From the NCBI GenBank assembly GCA_963799845.1, contig CAWCYI010000006.1, positions 1,376,001-1,440,000 of the forward strand: a stretch of DNA of 64,000 bases, written 5' to 3'. The position numbers and the translations under genes are program-made. Position 1 is the stretch's first letter, and each line of letters begins with the position of its first letter. The DNA comes from an uncultured Nitrososphaerota archaeon. Lineage in GTDB: Archaea; Thermoproteota; Nitrososphaeria; Nitrososphaerales; CADDZS01. The notes beneath the pieces are model-generated. The model was given only the letters and a program-made list of their open reading frames with translations, did not search any database and was not told where the DNA came from. This document shows positions 1-11,245 of this stretch, piece after piece.

Positions 1-296
1 GGAGCTCAATACAAGTACTCTTCGCAATTTCAGCGGAGAAATGACGCAGTAACCAACGATTATATTTTCGAGAATCGCGACCCTAAACCCTTGGGGGAAA
101 ATCTTCAACAGATGAACGAAGAGTCCTAAAGGATATGGCTCGTCGAATGATGCATTTTCGATTTCACTAACTGCGTTTAGATCTGCTGGCATGCAGTCGC
201 GTATCTCCATTCCTGACTAAGATCCCCCGAAATAGACTTTTGACCGAAACTGCAAAATAAGAATTAGTCTCTCTTTGAAGGTGCATTAGAGCAGAC

Positions 297-1136
297 GTGC
301 AAGTGTCGGAACGATCAGCATCGAGTGTCGCTAAGAATGTGAGCGGAAGCTCAGGATCTGATAAGAAATTACGATTTCTGGTGGAATTATCGGGATCCGA
401 TAGTTCCGGATCAGTCTGCGTGAAGGTCAAATCAGTCTCCAGCTCGCTAACTTCGAGAAATGGCTGGAGGTACAGACGAATGATCGTCAATGATTCCTCA
501 TTAGAAGCCGAGATGCTGATCTCAGAGGCAAACTTTGAAGAGTGGAAGTTCAAATCTGGCGACTTTCTCGCCTGCTCCGTCAGGAGCAATGGAGTGGATA
601 ATGAAGGTAAGTTGAGCGTCTTTTTCAACTCCTTTTTGGGTCCCTTTGAGATTGCAGAACTCCTCTACGAGATTAACGATGATCTGCGCGAAATTGAAAC
701 GCGTGGCGCGGGCCGTATGAAGCCCAGCGAGACCGTGTACCAGATCTCTGCTCGTGAGGCAAAGTCTCTGCTGGGCCTCATAAGGCTCTGGATCGATGAG
801 GGAAAGCCCCAACACTACACTAAATGGTGCCAGATGCACCAGATCGTCGCAACCAACCTGTTTTACATGGGCCTCGTCAAAAGAACAGGTTCCATGTCAG
901 GATACTACTACCCTACTGAAGAAGCCATGGAGTTTTTTGAAGGCAGGAGAAACATCTCGAAGAAGAGGGTTTTCACGAAGGGCAAAGACGGCCAGCACGT
1001 TTTGGCGGGCGAAGAAGGGGAGAAACGGTCTTTCGGCCAGTATTTAGAAGATTATGCCGACAGAGCATCTGCGCTGAAAGAGTACTCGGACGCCTTGGAG
1101 TCTTATCGAAGCAAGATTAAGGCAGAAAATGCCTAG
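297..1136 (+). CDS. hypothetical protein, possible C-terminal winged-helix
   Basis: 279-aa ORF; C-terminal LFYMGLVKR..SGYYYPTEEAMEF resembles a wHTH wing; family not recognised. Confidence 0.6.
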   Translation: MQVSERSASSVAKNVSGSSGSDKKLRFLVELSGSDSSGSVCVKVKSVSSSLTSRNGWRYRRMIVNDSSLEAEMLISEANFEEWKFKSGDFLACSVRSNGVDNEGKLSVFFNSFLGPFEIAELLYEINDDLREIETRGAGRMKPSETVYQISAREAKSLLGLIRLWIDEGKPQHYTKWCQMHQIVATNLFYMGLVKRTGSMSGYYYPTEEAMEFFEGRRNISKKRVFTKGKDGQHVLAGEEGEKRSFGQYLEDYADRASALKEYSDALESYRSKIKAENA

Positions 1137-1279
1137 TTTTTGGGGCTTTGACCTAACAAACGACTCCTTTTTGGAAACTCTAACGAGATTTTGGGTTGAA
1201 AATATCCCTAAAACCGTCTTAATTATGCACAAATAACGCTTATTTAGCAATCATATCCTCCCTCTGGATTGAACGAATA

Positions 1280-1750
1280 ATGGTCTCAGACAATGATATG
1301 AGCACTGAAGAATCAGGTACGGAAGAAATGGAAAATGAGAGTATGCATTCGGAGAATACGTCTAGCTCCGAGGTGAGCAGTCCCAGCCAAGAAACGGGGG
1401 CAGGTACCGCTTCGCAAGCGGCCAAGTCGAAATCGAAGGCGGGTGGTAGACGAGCTGCTCTGAGGATTCTACGAGAGAATGTAGACAATGTATCGAAAGA
1501 TCTCTCGAGTTTTAGAAAGAGCCATGAGGTTGGTTCTAAAAGAATGGAAAAACAGGTGTCCTCTCTTCGAAATGAGGTCGCTGGCCTGAAGAGTTACATC
1601 GCAAAGGAGAACTCGCGAGCGAAGGGTAAGCAGGAAGTGCTCTTGAATAAGATACTAGCAAAAGTGAACACGCAAAAAGCAAAGGTCTCGGCCGAGAAAA
1701 CCAGCATCAAGAAAAAAGTGGCCGCAAGGAAATCAAAAGGCAAGAAGTAG
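1280..1750 (+). CDS. hypothetical coiled-coil protein with acidic N-terminus and Lys-rich tail
   Basis: 156-aa ATG ORF, heptad-like middle, followed by T-rich tract. Confidence 0.65.
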   Translation: MVSDNDMSTEESGTEEMENESMHSENTSSSEVSSPSQETGAGTASQAAKSKSKAGGRRAALRILRENVDNVSKDLSSFRKSHEVGSKRMEKQVSSLRNEVAGLKSYIAKENSRAKGKQEVLLNKILAKVNTQKAKVSAEKTSIKKKVAARKSKGKK

Positions 1751-1893
1751 CCAAAACAGACTTCATGTTTGTTATGCAGGGGATTTCTTTTTTCAAAAAT
1801 CTCCTAAATCCCTTTTTTAAGCCAAAGCCCGTATATACTTCAGTCCCTCTAATCTTCTTTTTGTCGTTCTAGTTTCCTTGGAGTTTTGGAAGG

Positions 1894-3275
1894 TTGTCCG
1901 TTCGCAATAAAATCTCTGAAGCTGTATTTCCCGATCGAAGCCGAGCTTCGCAAATCTCCGTGCTGGTTTTCGTTCTTGTACTGCTGTCAATGTCTTTAGC
2001 TTTTCCAAATTTAGGGACGCGAAGGAGTACGATTGTTTCCGCACAATCCACTGTGAATAACGAAGTTGTCGTAATCGAGCTTAACGTTCCTATAGACCAA
2101 GGAGTCTGTTAGCTTGGTCTCTCGCTCAATCGCGAGGGCGGAGGCAGATCACGCAGCGGCTGTGATCATTAATATGAATACGCCTGGTGGGTCGTTAAAC
2201 GACATGATATCAATCGTGGATTCTATTTCGAACTCCACCGTGCCTGTTTATACTTATGTTGGAAATGATTCCGGTGCGACTTCAGCTGGAAGTTACATTG
2301 CAATGGCGACAGACAAAATTTTCATGGGACCAGGATCGCAGATCGGCCCCTCTACTCCATACATTCTGGGAGGTGGTACAGCATTGGAACAAAATCACAC
2401 GACTGAATATGCCGTCTCGTTCTTGCAGGCCCTCGCCAGTGAGCATGGGAGAAATGTTACAGCGGCTACTCAAATGGCCACTTATGACATCGCGTATTCA
2501 TACTCTGATGCTCTAAAATATCACGTGGCAGATGCTAGCTCGTTCAGCCTTTCACAGACAATTTCAATGCTGAACTTGACTGGGGCGAGCGTAGTAACGA
2601 TCAGTGAAAGCCCAACAGAACAGCTCGTCAGTCTGTTATCAGATCCCACGGTTGACGGGATAATTCTGTTATTGGGCATCGTGGCGATTGTTTTGGACTT
2701 TTTGCATCCGACGATCATCCTTTCGATCGCAGGGGCAGGTACTGATCGCCCTTGGAATTATTGGGACTGAAGCTATCGAGAATGGAAACGGTTCATCTGC
2801 GGTCGCGTTACCCTTAGTCCTCTTTGCTGCAGCAGCGGTGCTGATCGTGCTTGAATTGAAGACGGGACACGGTTTTAGTCTTCTAGCAGGCGTGGGTGTC
2901 GGGGTGCTGGCAACTATTTTACTTGCATATCAAGTGCCATATTCGCCGTCACCTTTTGGGGATCTTCAGTACCTTGAACTGGGAATATTGTTAGTCGTAG
3001 GAGGATTGCTCGCGCTGTATGCTAGATGGGTGGGGGGCACTATCCGTGAAAGGCCGGTAACCGGAGTAGAATCGATGATTGGGAAAACGGGGATAGCATT
3101 GACTGATCTTGCTCCCAAGGGTGATGTCTCTGTCGACGGTATTATCTGGGAGGCCCAGATATCAAACCCCGCAGTTAGCAAAATTGAGAAGGGTACGAGC
3201 GTTAAGATTCTTCAAGTAAATGGACTTGTGCTTGAGGTTGAACCAGAAGCCATAAAGCAAAATGTAGAACTATGA
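1894..3275 (+). CDS. nfeD: NfeD membrane-bound ClpP-class serine protease (two apparent frameshifts near 2104 and ~2740)
   Basis: NTPGG, ATSAGSYIAMA, IFMGPGSQIG motifs, TM region and C-terminal OB domain (TGVESMIGKTG..L.PKG.V.VDG..WEA) spread over three frames; directly upstream of slipin. Confidence 0.85.
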
Positions 3276-3294
3276 GTGATAGAGCGTAATTTGC

Positions 3295-4161
3295 TTGGTT
3301 GACATTGCAACTCTTGCGGTTGTCATTTTTATCATCGTCGTGATCCTAGCCATCTTTCTATCAGGAATCAAGATCCTGAAAGAGTGGGAGAGAGCACCGC
3401 TTTTGACGCTCGGCAGATACCGAGGTCTTAGAGGCCCAGGACTAATTTATGTACCGCCTTTTATCAGCAAGATTCCCTACATCATTTCAACGAGACTTCA
3501 AGTGGCCTCTTTTAGGACGGAGCAGACACTCACGAGAGATAACGTTCCGGTCAATGTTGACGCTGTAATGTATTTTCAGCCTGTTGATGTCCAGAAGGCT
3601 ATTTTGAATGCCGAGAATTATAGCGCAGCGACTCAACTCGCAGCTCAAACTACTTTGAGAGAAACGATAGGTGGCGTCAGCTTTGACGACTTGCTTTACG
3701 AAAGAGAAAAAATTGGAGCTTCAGCTAGAGCGATAATCGATTCGAAAACGGAGGCGTGGGGCGTCAAGGTAACGGCCGTTGAAATCAGGGATATTGCGAT
3801 TCCTCCATCTCTTCAGGAAGCTATGTCAAGACAAGCGCAAGCTGAAAGGGAAAGACGGGCGCGTGTCACGCTAGCAGAAGCAGAGTTCCAAGCAGCGCAG
3901 AAAATGGTAGACGCGGCAAATCTGTATTCGGCAAATCCAAGAGCCATGGAATTAAGATGGATGAACATTCTTTACGAGCTCGGTTTGCAAGGAAGAGGCA
4001 CACTAATGCTCGTCCCGACGAACATGCCCACAGCTGGTGGATCTGTGATACCTCCATATGGAATCTTGGGAGTGAAGGATATCCAAGAAACGGGAGCCGC
4101 TCAGCCCTCTGTTTCGGGCGCAGGCGGGATGTCCACTCAGAAAAGCGGTACAACTAAGTAA
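3295..4161 (+). CDS. slipin / stomatin (SPFH/band 7) family protein
   Basis: LTRDNVPVNVDAV, AQTTLR, WGVKVTAVEIRDI, QAQAERERRA. Confidence 0.95.
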   Translation: MVDIATLAVVIFIIVVILAIFLSGIKILKEWERAPLLTLGRYRGLRGPGLIYVPPFISKIPYIISTRLQVASFRTEQTLTRDNVPVNVDAVMYFQPVDVQKAILNAENYSAATQLAAQTTLRETIGGVSFDDLLYEREKIGASARAIIDSKTEAWGVKVTAVEIRDIAIPPSLQEAMSRQAQAERERRARVTLAEAEFQAAQKMVDAANLYSANPRAMELRWMNILYELGLQGRGTLMLVPTNMPTAGGSVIPPYGILGVKDIQETGAAQPSVSGAGGMSTQKSGTTK

Positions 4162-4564
4162 GGGAATACGAGTAAAAGTTTCGCTTGCCGGTTCTCTTCA
4201 ATCGGCTTTTCTCACGGAGGATGCCAAGCGCTTGGCTTACTTTTCGGCTCGTAAAGTATTTTTCAGTTACCTCGCGCAGTTTTTCCCGGGTCTCACCAGT
4301 AGTTCTCGGCATCGAGAAAAACTTCGAGGGCATTACGGTAGATTCGAGTTCTCTCAATATTATGGCCGTCTCACTGACTCCTAATGCAGGATTCTTCTTC
4401 TTTCTCGAGCTAGTTCGAACAGAATTTTTTGAAGTGACATTCTTCCTAGAAATGCGTCCAGCGAGGTCTCGTAGCATCGGATAAGCCCTGATCAAATCCT
4501 CGGGATCTTTGCTCTCAACAGAGACAGAACCAAATTTCGTGGTGTATGAGATAATGTATTTCAT
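4154..4564 (-). CDS. hypothetical protein with basic C-terminal wHTH-like region
   Basis: 136-aa ORF; FFS.PRT..E..EKL and VSQAL..L....L.R.G....Y.Y pattern. Confidence 0.6.
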   Translation of the reverse strand: MKYIISYTTKFGSVSVESKDPEDLIRAYPMLRDLAGRISRKNVTSKNSVRTSSRKKKNPALGVSETAIILRELESTVMPSKFFSMPRTTGETREKLREVTEKYFTSRKVSQALGILREKSRLKRTGKRNFYSYSLT

Positions 4565-4724
4565 TGAAACGTCGCTCGATTTTTTCCTTGGATATTATCT
4601 TTGAGCAATCGTCTTTAGTTATATGGTTTATTTGAAATCCGTTCGATTGATGAAGTAAAAGGCCTATGAAAATTGACTTTGATTGTATTCATGATTCGTC
4701 AGAATTCGTCTCTCGTTAGAACCC

Positions 4725-5642
4725 TTGGCAACGGTTTCGTCAACCAAAGCATCGACTCATCACAGGGTCATCTTTGGAAACTGCATGGATATGCATGAGC
4801 TTGCCAAGGAATCCGTTGATTTGGTGGTTACCTCTCCGCCCTACTACAATGCTCCCTTCGATTATCGAGGGATGTACAGAGATTACGACGAATATCTTGA
4901 CATGCTCTCCCGAGTTGCAGACGAGCTCTTTCGAACAGTTAGAGATGGGAGGATAGTTTGCTTCGTTATCGACGACATGCTGGTCGACGGTGAAAAATTA
5001 CCGATAGTTGCGGATGCTACGACGATAATGAGGAAGACCGGCTTCAGATACCGAGATCGGATAATGTGGGTAAAGCCGAAGGGATACTCGAGAATCAGTC
5101 GCAGGTCGGGGGTTGTCATCCAGCATCCCTACCCCATGTACTTTTACCCGGACAACATTCAGGAAAGTATTCTCATCTTTCAGAAGGGGAGATTTGATTA
5201 CAGAAAGGTTCGGGAAATGGATCAGGCAGTTTTAGAGGCCTCGAAAATTGACAGCCGGGCCATAAACCAGAATGAGTGGAACCTAACTGTCTGGCCTATA
5301 ACAAACGTCCTTCCCACAAATAATCCACTTGAGAAAGGGATTGCGGCCTATCCGGAGGAGCTCGCTTCCAGGCTCGTGCAACTCTTTTCTTTTTACGGCG
5401 ATACCGTGCTTGACCCATTCCTGGGATCGGGAACGACAAGCAAGGTCTCGGCACTATTGGGTAGGAATTCTATCGGCTACGAACTGAACTCTTCACTAAA
5501 GGATCGGATCTCTTCGAAAATATCCTCTGCAGGACGCCTGGAGCTGAAGACTGAGCGGAGGCACGACTGTATAACGCCAATCGAGAAAGGCGAGGAAGAG
5601 GCCCCACGAATGATCGGTGGGCCTCGGCAGAGTCTGAGATAA
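4725..5642 (+). CDS. site-specific DNA methyltransferase, beta class (N4-C/N6-A)
   Basis: catalytic VTSPPY precedes SAM-binding VLDPFLGSGTT; GRNSIGYE. Confidence 0.92.
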   Translation: MATVSSTKASTHHRVIFGNCMDMHELAKESVDLVVTSPPYYNAPFDYRGMYRDYDEYLDMLSRVADELFRTVRDGRIVCFVIDDMLVDGEKLPIVADATTIMRKTGFRYRDRIMWVKPKGYSRISRRSGVVIQHPYPMYFYPDNIQESILIFQKGRFDYRKVREMDQAVLEASKIDSRAINQNEWNLTVWPITNVLPTNNPLEKGIAAYPEELASRLVQLFSFYGDTVLDPFLGSGTTSKVSALLGRNSIGYELNSSLKDRISSKISSAGRLELKTERRHDCITPIEKGEEEAPRMIGGPRQSLR

Positions 5643-5644
5643 GA

Positions 5645-6316
5645 TTATTCGACCGTGAGTATGTGAACCTCGCAGTTTTTCACTGCGCTCTTGAATTTCT
5701 TGGCATCAACTTCGGTACCAACAATCGCGCCATAGTGCATTGGGATCGCGATTTTCGGCTTGATCTTGCTGACCGCCTCAACTGCTTCGTCTGCAGTCAT
5801 GACGTAGGTGCCGGAGACTGGTAACAACGCTATGTCCGGTCTGAGATTTTCCATCTCAGGAATCAGGTCGCTGTCTCCGGTATGATAAATCGAGACGCCT
5901 GATTTCGTGGTGATTATGTATCCCACTTTTCCATCTTGCTTCGGATGAAACGGCTTGCCCGGCTCTGCAAATTTGTTTGTGTTATACGCCGGAACCGCCT
6001 TCACCTCAAAAGAGCCAAGCTTCACCCGATCACCGGGTTTAACAGTCTTGAACTCTTTTGGCGAAACTTTGTTTACCTCCTCTCTTGCCGCGGGGATTGA
6101 AACTACAATTGTGGAGTTAGGCTTTACTACTTTTTTGAGATCCTCGGGGTTTAGGTGATCAAAGTGCTCGTGAGAAATCAGAACGTAATCCGCCCGGACA
6201 TCGTGCTTCAGTTTGAATGGATCTACAACCAGTGTTTCTCCACCGTCTTCGATCTTGAATCCGTCATGCCCCAGCCAGGTTATTTTTGCGCCCTTGTATT
6301 CGAACATCCAAATCAC
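5645..6316 (-). CDS. MBL-fold metallo-hydrolase
   Basis: WLGHDGF, SHEHFDH, YHTGD, IPMHYG. Confidence 0.92.
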   Translation of the reverse strand: MIWMFEYKGAKITWLGHDGFKIEDGGETLVVDPFKLKHDVRADYVLISHEHFDHLNPEDLKKVVKPNSTIVVSIPAAREEVNKVSPKEFKTVKPGDRVKLGSFEVKAVPAYNTNKFAEPGKPFHPKQDGKVGYIITTKSGVSIYHTGDSDLIPEMENLRPDIALLPVSGTYVMTADEAVEAVSKIKPKIAIPMHYGAIVGTEVDAKKFKSAVKNCEVHILTVE

Positions 6317-6439
6317 ACCATTAAACGGAAATTAGGCAGGCGAGAAAAGCTTTCCTTGATTTTTCCCGATCGCATTAGTTCCTGACGAAAGGCTTAAACT
6401 AGCCTGGGGAACTTCGCAGAGAGAGTAGAACCCGAATTC

Positions 6440-7276
6440 TTGCTACCTTCCTCATCTTCTCCGGGAGAGAGCACGAGCGAAGCTCAGCTCAACGCCCTTT
6501 CATCTCTTGGACTCTCGCAGTATGAGAGCAAGTGTTTTCTCGCATCGCTCCAAACAGGACCAGCCACAATAAACCAGATCGGAATAGTCGCCGGAGTTCC
6601 TCGAACGAAGGTTTACGGTGCAGTCCGGAAGCTAGTGGAGAGGGGTTTGATCGAGCAGAATGAAGATGATTTGAAGATTTTCGTCGCTAAATCGCCAAAA
6701 GATGTCCTGATCCCGCTTCTCGAAAAAGAGGATAAAAGGATCAAGCAGGGGATTGAGGCGCTAAACGAGCTTGAGGTAATCCACAAGTCGATGGCATTTG
6801 TGAAAAGAGCGGATGCGCTAAGGTCCAAGGTATCGAGATATTATCCGAGGTTTGTTGTCACGAGGAAAACGAGGGAACTCTTCCAGAATTGTCGGAAAAA
6901 AGTAGTGATATTGACGACTGCGAATGGACTCATCAGGCTGACGAAGATGTCAGGTATCTTATTTGAACGCGCTAGGCTCGGGATGACCCTTCAGATATTT
7001 ACTTCGACTCTCGATGAGCCGGTTTTCAACACGACGATCCAGAATTTGAAGGAGATTGAAAATTCGACGATTTCGCTCTTGCCTTCGGCCGCGCCAATTC
7101 AAGTTATTCTGGTCGATGAGCAGTATGTTCTCATCACTGAAGTAAAGCCGGATGATATTCGAGACGAGGGACAAGACGTGGCTTTTCTCATTCACAGCAC
7201 CGAGCTGACTGAAATGATGGAGAGCTTGATCCGCGTGTTGGCGACAGTTCACGCGGAACTCCAAACTGCGCGATGA
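6440..7276 (+). CDS. TrmB family transcriptional regulator
   Basis: LGLSQYE..GVPRTKVY..L..RGLI HTH plus effector domain. Confidence 0.9.
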   Translation: MLPSSSSPGESTSEAQLNALSSLGLSQYESKCFLASLQTGPATINQIGIVAGVPRTKVYGAVRKLVERGLIEQNEDDLKIFVAKSPKDVLIPLLEKEDKRIKQGIEALNELEVIHKSMAFVKRADALRSKVSRYYPRFVVTRKTRELFQNCRKKVVILTTANGLIRLTKMSGILFERARLGMTLQIFTSTLDEPVFNTTIQNLKEIENSTISLLPSAAPIQVILVDEQYVLITEVKPDDIRDEGQDVAFLIHSTELTEMMESLIRVLATVHAELQTAR

Positions 7277-7342
7277 GAATCCGTTGCTACAAGTTTCTTC
7301 GATAACAGATTCCATTTGATAAACGGGGAGTAACTTAAGACG

Positions 7343-7925
7343 ATGGAAAAAACTCGCAGGTTCGTCGTCGGAATCTCTGGTGCGAGCGGTGTCATCTATG
7401 GTATTCGTCTGCTAGAGGTCTTGAAAAAGGCGAAGATCGAATCCCATTTAGTCCTGACTCCGGCAGCTAAGATTACGATCGCCGCAGAGACCCAGTATTC
7501 TGTACAGTCGGTCGAGAAGCTGAGCTTCGCGAATTTATAGATACAACGACATTGCGGCTGTTATTTCCTCCGGCTCATTCAAGACCGATGGAATGATTCT
7601 GATCCCCTGCAGCATGCATACTCTAGGCGGCCTTGCTTCGGGAGTCGCAGACAACCTACTCCTGAGGGCGGCTGAGGTGACGATGAAGGAGCATAGGCCG
7701 CTCGTAATCGTGCCAAGGGAAACACCTCTTTCCCTCATACATATCGAGAATATGGAGCGCCTCGCCAGGGCTGGTGTTATTCTTCTTCCCGCGATGCCCG
7801 GATTTTACGAGCGACCGAAGAGCGTGTCCGAGATCGTTGATCATATTGTGGGCAAAGTACTGGACATTGTCGGAGTAGAACACAACCTATTCAAAAGATG
7901 GGGCGGAATATCCGTTGACAAGTAG
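7343..7925 (+). CDS. ubiX: UbiX flavin prenyltransferase (one apparent +1 frameshift near 7535)
   Basis: VGISGASG..YG; ISSGSF after frame correction; PCSM.TL, RETPL, PAMPGFY. Confidence 0.9.
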
Positions 7926-7934
7926 GTCTTTCCA

Positions 7935-8492
7935 TTGCCTCTTTCCGATGTTACGTTGCAAATCACAGGCTGGATAAGAAAGAGAAGGTTTGCGAAAAAT
8001 CTTCCCATTCTTTTAGAGATGCTTTCTCCCAAGAAAGAAGATATTATACTTGACGTCGGCGCCGGCACAGGGATGATTGCAAACGAGATTTCTTTGCGTT
8101 GCGACGAGGTCTTTGCACTTGAACCAAACCCCAAGCGGGTGGAATATATGAAGAAGAAATATCCTCAGGTCAAGGCATTTGACGGGTCTGCTGAAAGCAT
8201 TCAATTTCCGGAATCGTATTTCACGAAAATTTACGTGATTAGCGCGTTTCATCACTTCAGAGACCGAGACGCGGCACTGTACGAATTTCATCGTGTGCTG
8301 AAGCCCAAAGGTGTACTTGTCATCAACGAGTGGGACCCCAGCTCAACCAGCTCCAGAGTAGAGAATTCTGTGGGAAAAGTCCAATTTCTAAGCAATAAAG
8401 AGCTCGAGGAAAAATTGCAGAATAACGAGTTTGTCGTCAAGGAATCCAGGAAAGCGGCGAGGGGTTATTTTGTCTCGTCAATCAAGACCTAG
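7935..8492 (+). CDS. class I SAM-dependent methyltransferase
   Basis: ILDVGAGTG, AFHHF, RVLKPKG. Confidence 0.88.
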   Translation: MPLSDVTLQITGWIRKRRFAKNLPILLEMLSPKKEDIILDVGAGTGMIANEISLRCDEVFALEPNPKRVEYMKKKYPQVKAFDGSAESIQFPESYFTKIYVISAFHHFRDRDAALYEFHRVLKPKGVLVINEWDPSSTSSRVENSVGKVQFLSNKELEEKLQNNEFVVKESRKAARGYFVSSIKT

Positions 8493-8818
8493 GCCCACGC
8501 TTCAGAATCAGTATCGCGAGGTACTAGGTTTATCATGTATCGGTCGATCGAGTCCACATCGTTGTCGATCCTCTCGACGGAGATCCGTCTGAATTTTTCG
8601 AAAATGTCCTTCAGGGCTTCCTGGTCTAAACCGTTTACCATTTGCGGATTCGTCAGCAGCGAAGCCCATCCTATGTTGCTCTGCTTCATGAACTGTATGC
8701 ATTCCATGATGTGGCTGACGTAGTCGAGGCGGTCTTTCGGGGTCGCCCTTTCGAGATCTTGCTTCAGGCTCATGATTGCTTCGCGGATTTTTGAAATATC
8801 CTTGTTCCAGTCGCTCAA
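8489..8818 (-). CDS. DUF2153-like archaeal helical protein
   Basis: KDRLD..S..GW...L.NP..M pattern. Confidence 0.6.
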   Translation of the reverse strand: MSDWNKDISKIREAIMSLKQDLERATPKDRLDYVSHIMECIQFMKQSNIGWASLLTNPQMVNGLDQEALKDIFEKFRRISVERIDNDVDSIDRYMINLVPRDTDSEAWA

Positions 8819-8899
8819 CTTACTCTACCAATTACAGGATTTCGAGATATATTGATTTCAATACTTTGAAAAGCCGTAGAAGACTAGATCCGATTCGCG

Positions 8900-9538
8900 A
8901 TGCCCGAAGAAGCAAGGTTTGTGACCGTTGACGGGATCAGAATGCGGGTCAGAACTTCTCCCGATCTCGGCAAGGACTATTCGAAGCCGATCATTCTCCT
9001 GTTCCACGGTTACTCATTTTCTCTTGATGTGTGGGAAGGTACCGGCACTTTTGCCGCCCTTTCGCAACATGGCCTGCCTTACATTGCAGTAGACCTTCCA
9101 AGGGGCAAGGCGACAAAGTCGCAGAAGATCGAAAAAAAGTCGTTAAGCGACTACGTTCCGTTGTTGAATGATTTGATCAAGGAACTGGGCGTAAACTTTG
9201 GCAATTCAAAGTTTGTGATTATCGGTCCATCAATGGGCGGCGGGTTTGCCCTTGCGTTTGCGGTGGAGAATAGGGACAAAGTTCTTGGGCTTGTGCTCGT
9301 CGCACCGTCGTTGTCCGGAGTAAACGAGGAATCGCTGGGCAATTTGGAGATTCCAGTTCTGCTGATCTGGGGAGACAAAGATAATGTGTTTCCGGTGGAG
9401 CAGTATGGACGAGAACTGAAGCAACTCCTTCCACGATCCAAGTTATTGATCCTCAAGGGAGCCAGGCATCCAGCTTATTTGGATCGGCCGCAAGAATTCC
9501 ATGAACTGCTTTTCGACTTCATCGAAGAGATCTCCTGA
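8900..9538 (+). CDS. alpha/beta hydrolase (ABHD14-like)
   Basis: FHGYSF, GPSMGG nucleophile elbow, IWGDKD, HPAYLD. Confidence 0.9.
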   Translation: MPEEARFVTVDGIRMRVRTSPDLGKDYSKPIILLFHGYSFSLDVWEGTGTFAALSQHGLPYIAVDLPRGKATKSQKIEKKSLSDYVPLLNDLIKELGVNFGNSKFVIIGPSMGGGFALAFAVENRDKVLGLVLVAPSLSGVNEESLGNLEIPVLLIWGDKDNVFPVEQYGRELKQLLPRSKLLILKGARHPAYLDRPQEFHELLFDFIEEIS

Positions 9539-9654
9539 GTCCAAGAAATCTTTTATCCGTTGCTTCGTGAGTGTGTCTGAAATTGAGCCAGCCGACTACA
9601 CTTGTTTCAAAGGCACCGATTCTCGGCGAAGGGAAGGAGCAGTGGATTGTGAAC

Positions 9655-9759
9655 ATGAAATTTACCTGCGTTCACTGCGATGAGACATTTCTAACGAGGC
9701 CTGATCTCATGCGTCATTACGACGGCACAAGACACGACAAGTATTCGGCATGGATATGA
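9655..9759 (+). CDS. 34-aa C2H2 zinc-finger microprotein
   Basis: MKFTCVHCDETFLTRPDLMRHYDGTRH; similar to 63080..63217. Confidence 0.6.
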   Translation: MKFTCVHCDETFLTRPDLMRHYDGTRHDKYSAWI

Positions 9760-10472
9760 CCCGATGATAGGTGAAGTGAGCTGTTTCAATTGAACGGGGC
9801 ATGAAACGAGCTGTCCTGAGCCTACAGAGATCGAAACGAGCTGATAGAAACCAATCTGTGGAGTACACGTGAACGGTTGTGGAACTTTCCTAGGGGCTCC
9901 CTCAATAATCGCTGAAACCATGTCTCCCATCAAAACGTACGCGCGCATGTAAAACGCAGAGAAAATTCAGTTCTAAAGATGTAAAGTTCTCGAACAAAAA
10001 TCTGCTAGATCGGCTCATGAAATTTCCAGAACATCCTCGAAAACTCGAAAATCCAATATGGAATGATCAACCCGACGATTGTCGAGAACGCTTCTTTGTG
10101 CATCCGTTCAATTCGTTCTGAGCTCTCTAAGCTCCGTTCGACTTGAAACGAGCTCTTCCGAGCTTACAGAGCTTGAACGTCAGCTCTTCACTCAGAAATT
10201 ATCTCCCCGTGTGCGAACGCAGAAAAATTCTTTCTTAATGAAACAATGAAATCTAATACTAGAGCATCGAGCTAACTGGGCTGTCTAATTTACCCGCAAG
10301 TCAAGACTTGAATTAGATGCAGGTACAAGCTTATGTCAAATGGTGAATTATTCTCCAGCATTGATACCTTGGGTGAGTCTCGCTTGAACTTGTAATCATC
10401 AGATTCCGGAAAGGAATATCCATAAAACCAACCATTTGCATTAGCTTTTGCGTCACGTGATTTTCTGATAAA

Positions 10473-11048
10473 TTGCTTCCGTCGATTGATGAGCTGAAAA
10501 AACGTAGGATAAAGCTCGGACTGAGCCAGAGAAAGTTTGCTTCCTACCTAGGTGTAAGCCAGTCGACCATAACGAAGATCGAAAACAGGAAGCTTAGTCC
10601 GAGTTATGAGCTGGTGAAGAAAGCATACGACATACTCGACTCATTCGGCAGTCCTCAGATCGGCCTCGCCGGTGACATTTCAATCAAGAAAGTCATCAGC
10701 GTGCAAGACAACGACGTGATTTCAAAGGCCGTGCAGATTCTCCAGCAGCAAGGCTTCAAGCAACTCCCCGTCCGCGACAAAGAGAACCACTGGGTGGGTA
10801 GCATTTCGGAGAGAAGCATCTCGAACAGGTTGCTCAAGGTATCAAATCCGAAACTGCTTTTGTCGCGGGAAGTTGCGGATGTAATGGACGAGGCGTTTCC
10901 AACCATCGCGGAAGACACGCCTATTTCGATCGCTATACCGCTCCTCCAGCATTTTCAGGCCGTGCTAACTACCAAAAAAGGTCGCGTGACCGGCATTGTA
11001 ACAAACGCCGATCTCGTTAGAATGCTCTCTTCAGACAGAGTACAGTGA
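10473..11048 (+). CDS. XRE-HTH plus CBS-pair transcriptional regulator
   Basis: LKKRR..LGLSQ..GVSQSTI.KIE; two CBS domains. Confidence 0.92.
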   Translation: MLPSIDELKKRRIKLGLSQRKFASYLGVSQSTITKIENRKLSPSYELVKKAYDILDSFGSPQIGLAGDISIKKVISVQDNDVISKAVQILQQQGFKQLPVRDKENHWVGSISERSISNRLLKVSNPKLLLSREVADVMDEAFPTIAEDTPISIAIPLLQHFQAVLTTKKGRVTGIVTNADLVRMLSSDRVQ

Positions 11049-11245
11049 TCGGTTAAATTTCAATCCAAGCTTATCCCCTTCGAGCCACATTTCAAAATCA
11101 CCTGGAAACTCTTTGCGACGGTATGAAGCAGGGGACGGAAAGTTTGATAATCGTCAAACCATGATTTCAACGCTCATTACAGACTGTGAGATCCAACTGA
11201 CCGCATCGTGACTTGAATCCAAATTTCTGAGAATAATGAAGATCC

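Noticed and set aside
10110-10195. Cluster of GAGCT/AGCTC words
   Set aside because: Spacing is irregular with no consistent unit or convincing ORF; it may be decayed coding sequence.
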